A DNA stretch of 64,000 bases from positions 384,001-448,000 of the forward strand of contig OZ241841.1 in the NCBI GenBank assembly GCA_965202665.1, given 5' to 3'. Shown here one piece after another: positions 60,953-64,000 of this stretch; the first letter of the stretch is position 1; each line of letters begins with the position of its first letter. The DNA is from Candidatus Spongiisociaceae bacterium (GTDB lineage: Bacteria > Actinomycetota > Acidimicrobiia > Spongiisociales > Spongiisociaceae). Under the pieces are notes generated by a model. That model was not told the origin of the DNA. It ran no database searches and worked only from the letters and a program-made list of their open reading frames with translations. The position numbers and the translations under genes were made by a program.

Positions 60953-60986
60953 TTGGCAGGTGGGTGTATCCTGCCTTTTGGTGGGT
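60899..60986 (-). ncRNA. Candidate ~88-nt small RNA with two C-rich-loop hairpins
   Basis: Bounded by a consensus promoter and an intrinsic terminator; no start codon inside. Confidence 0.6.
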
Positions 60987-60992
60987 GCCGCC

Positions 60993-61022
60993 ATTATACA
61001 CATGCTTCAAAAAGCGTGTCAA
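60993..61022 (-). promoter_or_regulatory. Consensus housekeeping-sigma promoter
   Basis: TTGACA-N18-TATAAT followed by a GGCGGC discriminator. Confidence 0.85.
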
Positions 61023-61136
61023 TTCTAAATACCACATTTTTGCCTGGCCGTTCGCGGAGCGGGCGGGGCCGCCCGGACGGGGAGGGGCGGGACAAGTTCT
61101 TTGGGGAGCGGGGGCGGGCAGGTTAGGATTGCGTTT

Positions 61137-61931
61137 ATGAGACCCATCTGGTCCGGGGCGGTGTCCTTCGGCTTGGTCACCATCCCGGTGAAACTCTACC
61201 CGGCCACCGAGGATCGCCGTCCCCGGTTCCGGCAGTTGCGCCGCGAGGACCACAGCCCCATCCGCTACCGCAAAGTGGCGGAGGCGGACGGGGCGGAGGT
61301 GACGGCGGCGGACATCGTGCGCGGCTACGAAGTGGAAAAAGACCGCTACGTGATCTTCTCCGAAGAGGAACTGGCCATCGGGTCCGATGTGGCCCCCAAA
61401 ATGGTGGAGGTGATGCAGTTCGTAGACGGGCGGGAAATCGACCCCATCTACTACCGGTCGGCCTACTACCTGGCCCCGGAGGCCAGCGGGGTGAAAGCCT
61501 ACCGGCTGATGCTCCGCACCTTGGCCGACAAGGATCGGGTGGCCATCGCCAAAGTGGCCCTGCGCGAACGGGCGCACTTGGCGGTGGTGCGCCCCCGGGA
61601 GGAGTTGCTGGTGCTGGAAACCATGCATTGGCCGGACGAGATCCGAACCGCCGAGTTTGAGGAACTGGCCGCCGGCCAAACCGAAATCCGCGCCGAGGAG
61701 ACGGCCATGGCCGAAATGCTGATCGACAGCCTCACCGCCGAGTTCGACCCCTCCCAATGGTCCGACCGCCGGAGGGAGACGATCGAGTCGCTGGCCCGGC
61801 AGAAGGTTGAGGGCAAGGAAATCGTGGCCCCCGAGTCCCCGGAGCCGACCAAAGTGGTGGATCTGATGGAGGCTTTGGCCGCCTCGGTGGAAGCCGCCGC
61901 GGCCCGCAAGGCGCAACGGAAGGCCGGATGA
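61137..61931 (+). CDS. ku: Non-homologous end-joining protein Ku
   Basis: MRPIWSGAVSFGLVTIPVKLY, IVRGYE, YYLAP, VVDLMEAL. Confidence 0.96.
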   Translation: MRPIWSGAVSFGLVTIPVKLYPATEDRRPRFRQLRREDHSPIRYRKVAEADGAEVTAADIVRGYEVEKDRYVIFSEEELAIGSDVAPKMVEVMQFVDGREIDPIYYRSAYYLAPEASGVKAYRLMLRTLADKDRVAIAKVALRERAHLAVVRPREELLVLETMHWPDEIRTAEFEELAAGQTEIRAEETAMAEMLIDSLTAEFDPSQWSDRRRETIESLARQKVEGKEIVAPESPEPTKVVDLMEALAASVEAAAARKAQRKAG

Positions 61932-61993
61932 CAACGGACGATGATGACAAAGGGTGAGATGACAACGGACGATAACGAAAGGACGGAGCGACG

Positions 61994-62215
61994 GTGAAGG
62001 CGCGTATCGGAATAGCGGACGCCGGACGGGAAGTGGAGGTGGAAGTGGAGGACCGCTCCGAGTTCATGGAGCGTATCGACAAGGCCCACCGCAAAGGCGA
62101 GCCCATGCTGTGGTTCACCGACTTGAAAGGCAACGACTTCGGGTTGCCGTTGCAACGGATCGCCTATATAGAGTTGGTGGACGAGCAGGACCGCTCAGTG
62201 GGCTTCTCCCTCTGA
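61994..62215 (+). CDS. DUF3107 family protein
   Basis: RIGI....RE..., L..TD.KG..., IAYIE...RSVGF. Confidence 0.8.
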   Translation: MKARIGIADAGREVEVEVEDRSEFMERIDKAHRKGEPMLWFTDLKGNDFGLPLQRIAYIELVDEQDRSVGFSL

Positions 62216-62267
62216 AACTGGTTCGGGGCGTCCCCCGGTTCAGATCACGGCCGGGGTGAAAGCCGGT

Positions 62268-62558
62268 TCAAACGGCGGCCCGGCGGCGCTCGGCCAGCCA
62301 GCGTTTGCGCAATCGCCGGCGTTCGTCTTCGGCGTATCCGCCCCACACTCCGGCCTCCTGATTGGTGTTCAGGGAGAACTGCAGACAATCCTCCCGGACG
62401 ATGCAGGCTTCACAGACGGCTTTGGCTTCTTCTATCTGCTCGATGGCCGGGCCGGTGGTCCCGATGGGGAAAAACAGGTCCGGGTCGGAATCGCGGCAGG
62501 CGGCCAGTTCCCGCCATTGCCGGAGGTTCACGGTCGGGGCTTGGGCTAACAGGGTCAC
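62268..62558 (-). CDS. whiB: WhiB-family transcriptional regulator (WhiB1-like)
   Basis: W...AAC..DPDLFFPIGTTGPA..AKAVC..C.VR..C, GVWGG; GTG start with AGAGGA RBS. Confidence 0.95.
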   Translation of the reverse strand: MTLLAQAPTVNLRQWRELAACRDSDPDLFFPIGTTGPAIEQIEEAKAVCEACIVREDCLQFSLNTNQEAGVWGGYAEDERRRLRKRWLAERRRAAV

Positions 62559-62660
62559 TTGTTGTTCCTCTAGTTCGTCTTGGGGTTTCGTGCTTGGGTG
62601 TTTACGTGCTTGTTTTTCGTTCCGCCCGGCGGGGCGGAGCCGAGCGGAACCCGCCGACTT

Positions 62661-62676
62661 TGTGATTTTTTTCACA
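62661..62676. promoter_or_regulatory. CRP/GlxR-type binding site
   Basis: Perfect TGTGA-N6-TCACA about 100 nt upstream of whiB. Confidence 0.75.
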
Positions 62677-62842
62677 ATCGCCCCCGCCAGGTTTCGGCGG
62701 GGAAAGGTCGGTTCCGAACGACTTGTTCAGCCACTTTACCCTATGCAACATCCAAGCGCAAGGGAAATTTCCAATTTTTTCCAAATTTTTTTGCGGTGGA
62801 AACCCCCTTGAAAATGTCACAGGCTTTGTTTATGTTAACGAT

Positions 62843-63406
62843 ATGTTGCGAAATACTACTACCGATAAGCAATCATTCTCCGGCAAGCCGGGGCGGGTAA
62901 CCGGGAGATGGAAGACAACGTTGGCGACACTGGCGGCGTGGGCGACGGCGATCGTCTTGGCATCCGCCCCGCTGGCAGCGGGGAAGGCCCGGGCCGCCGC
63001 GCCGCCGCCGGTTCCCGTCGTCGCCGGACGCGTCCTCCCCGCCCCGGACTCCCCCGGCCTCCGCGCCGGGACGGCCGGGCCGGGCTTTCTGCTGCCCCGG
63101 GCCGCCCCGGTCATGAGGGGGACGGCCCTCCCGGTTCCCCGCCGGGCGGGCCCGGCCGGAGGAGACGGGGGCGGGAGCGGGGGCGGCAGCGGCAGCGTTC
63201 ATATCGTGCGGGCGGGCGAGAGCCTGTGGGCGGTGGCCCTCCTCCATGCCGGCGACGGCGACCGGCGGAGAGCGCAAGCCATGTTCGAGGCCATTCTCCG
63301 GGCCAACCGCGACCGGTTCGGGACGGGCGGCCCGGACCTGATTTTCCCCGGGGAGCGGCTGCTCATCCCCGCTTACGAATCTTACGGGAGTTCCTCCCAT
63401 GGATAG
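62843..63406 (+). CDS. Secreted LysM-domain protein (start uncertain)
   Basis: Signal-like N-terminus; HIVRAGESLWAVA...I..AN...PDLIFPGERL.IP. Confidence 0.75.
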   Translation: MLRNTTTDKQSFSGKPGRVTGRWKTTLATLAAWATAIVLASAPLAAGKARAAAPPPVPVVAGRVLPAPDSPGLRAGTAGPGFLLPRAAPVMRGTALPVPRRAGPAGGDGGGSGGGSGSVHIVRAGESLWAVALLHAGDGDRRRAQAMFEAILRANRDRFGTGGPDLIFPGERLLIPAYESYGSSSHG

Positions 63407-63836
63407 GCGGCCGGCCATCTCCTCCCCCGTTCCCCGGCCCGCCCCCGCCCCGGGGCCGCCGCCTGCTCCGGCCCGGCCCAGCGCGGGGAACCGGAAAGGC
63501 CGGCGCCGGACGGCGATTGCGGCGGCGGCGTCCGCGCTGGGGTTGACGTTGGCCGGGGCCGGGCTTCTCATTTTCCGGGAAAGTGTTTCCCCCGGCCCGC
63601 CCGCCGCCTCGGAGGTCCGCCGGATGGCGGCTCATCTGCAGGGGGCGTTCAACGCCGTTCTGCCCGATCCGGGCCTGGCGGTGGAATCAGTTCGGTTGCT
63701 GCATCCGATCCGAGGGCCGTGGCTGGTGGCGGCCGCCGACCCCGACGGGGAAATCCGCTTCTATCAGGTGACGATGACCCGCACCGCCGCCGACTGGTCC
63801 ATCACCGCCCGATTAACCGACCCGCGCCCCCCTTAA
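63399..63836 (+). CDS. Hypothetical membrane-anchored protein
   Basis: Overlaps the LysM gene stop; one TM segment. Confidence 0.5.
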   Translation: MDRRPAISSPVPRPAPAPGPPPAPARPSAGNRKGRRRTAIAAAASALGLTLAGAGLLIFRESVSPGPPAASEVRRMAAHLQGAFNAVLPDPGLAVESVRLLHPIRGPWLVAAADPDGEIRFYQVTMTRTAADWSITARLTDPRPP

Positions 63837-63837
63837 C

Positions 63838-64000
63838 TGTACTTGACCAGGGACGTTGGTGACGGTTCGGTTGTTGCATAGGTGAAGACCTCCTGGTGTT
63901 ATGGGGAGTGAAAAGCACCCTATAGCACGGGAGGAGGTCTTCAGGGATACATGGTAACGCGAGATCGTCGCCTTGGGACGTTTGGGGATGATGTTACGGG
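63838..64000 (+). mobile_element. Left end of a probable IS481-family element (truncated by the window)
   Basis: Starts TGT(ACTTGACCAGGGACGTTGGTGAC); internal GAAGACCTCC...GGAGGTCTTC inverted repeat followed by an ATG. Confidence 0.6.

Overview
High-GC bacterial chromosome segment, most likely Actinomycetota (probably Acidimicrobiia). This is inferred from WhiB, DUF3107, Ku, the gene order and the Thr-rich lipoproteins. The right half is the conserved minus-strand block tRNA-Arg, lysA, hom, thrC, rho, rpmE, prfA, prmC, tsaC, glyA and the full atp operon. It is interrupted by accessory inserts: an ABC/amidohydrolase/hydantoinase operon, a NYN protein, a TPR-TM gene and an AT-richer leaderless gene pair. 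The left half is accessory. It holds sugar/polyol catabolic genes, including two AraA/FucI-like paralogs with altered active-site residues and two paralogs of an uncharacterised Cys-motif family. It also holds a five-gene corrinoid methyl-transfer module (MtaA/CmuA-like MT, corrinoid protein, small 4-Cys protein, RACE activator, H4folate MT) and defence cargo (DUF1156 MTase broken by a G15 run and an ISL3, an MTase-HNH fusion, GmrSD-like, a toxin-like gene with a duplicated tail). The best lead is a LacI-type operator (GGAAACGTTWCC) shared by the corrinoid promoters and the sugar-gene promoters. It suggests a co-regulated B12-dependent pathway for demethylating methylated sugars/cyclitols (inference). 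A second lead is an unannotated ~88-nt small RNA with a consensus promoter and terminator upstream of tRNA-Arg. No database searches were run; family calls come from motif recognition.
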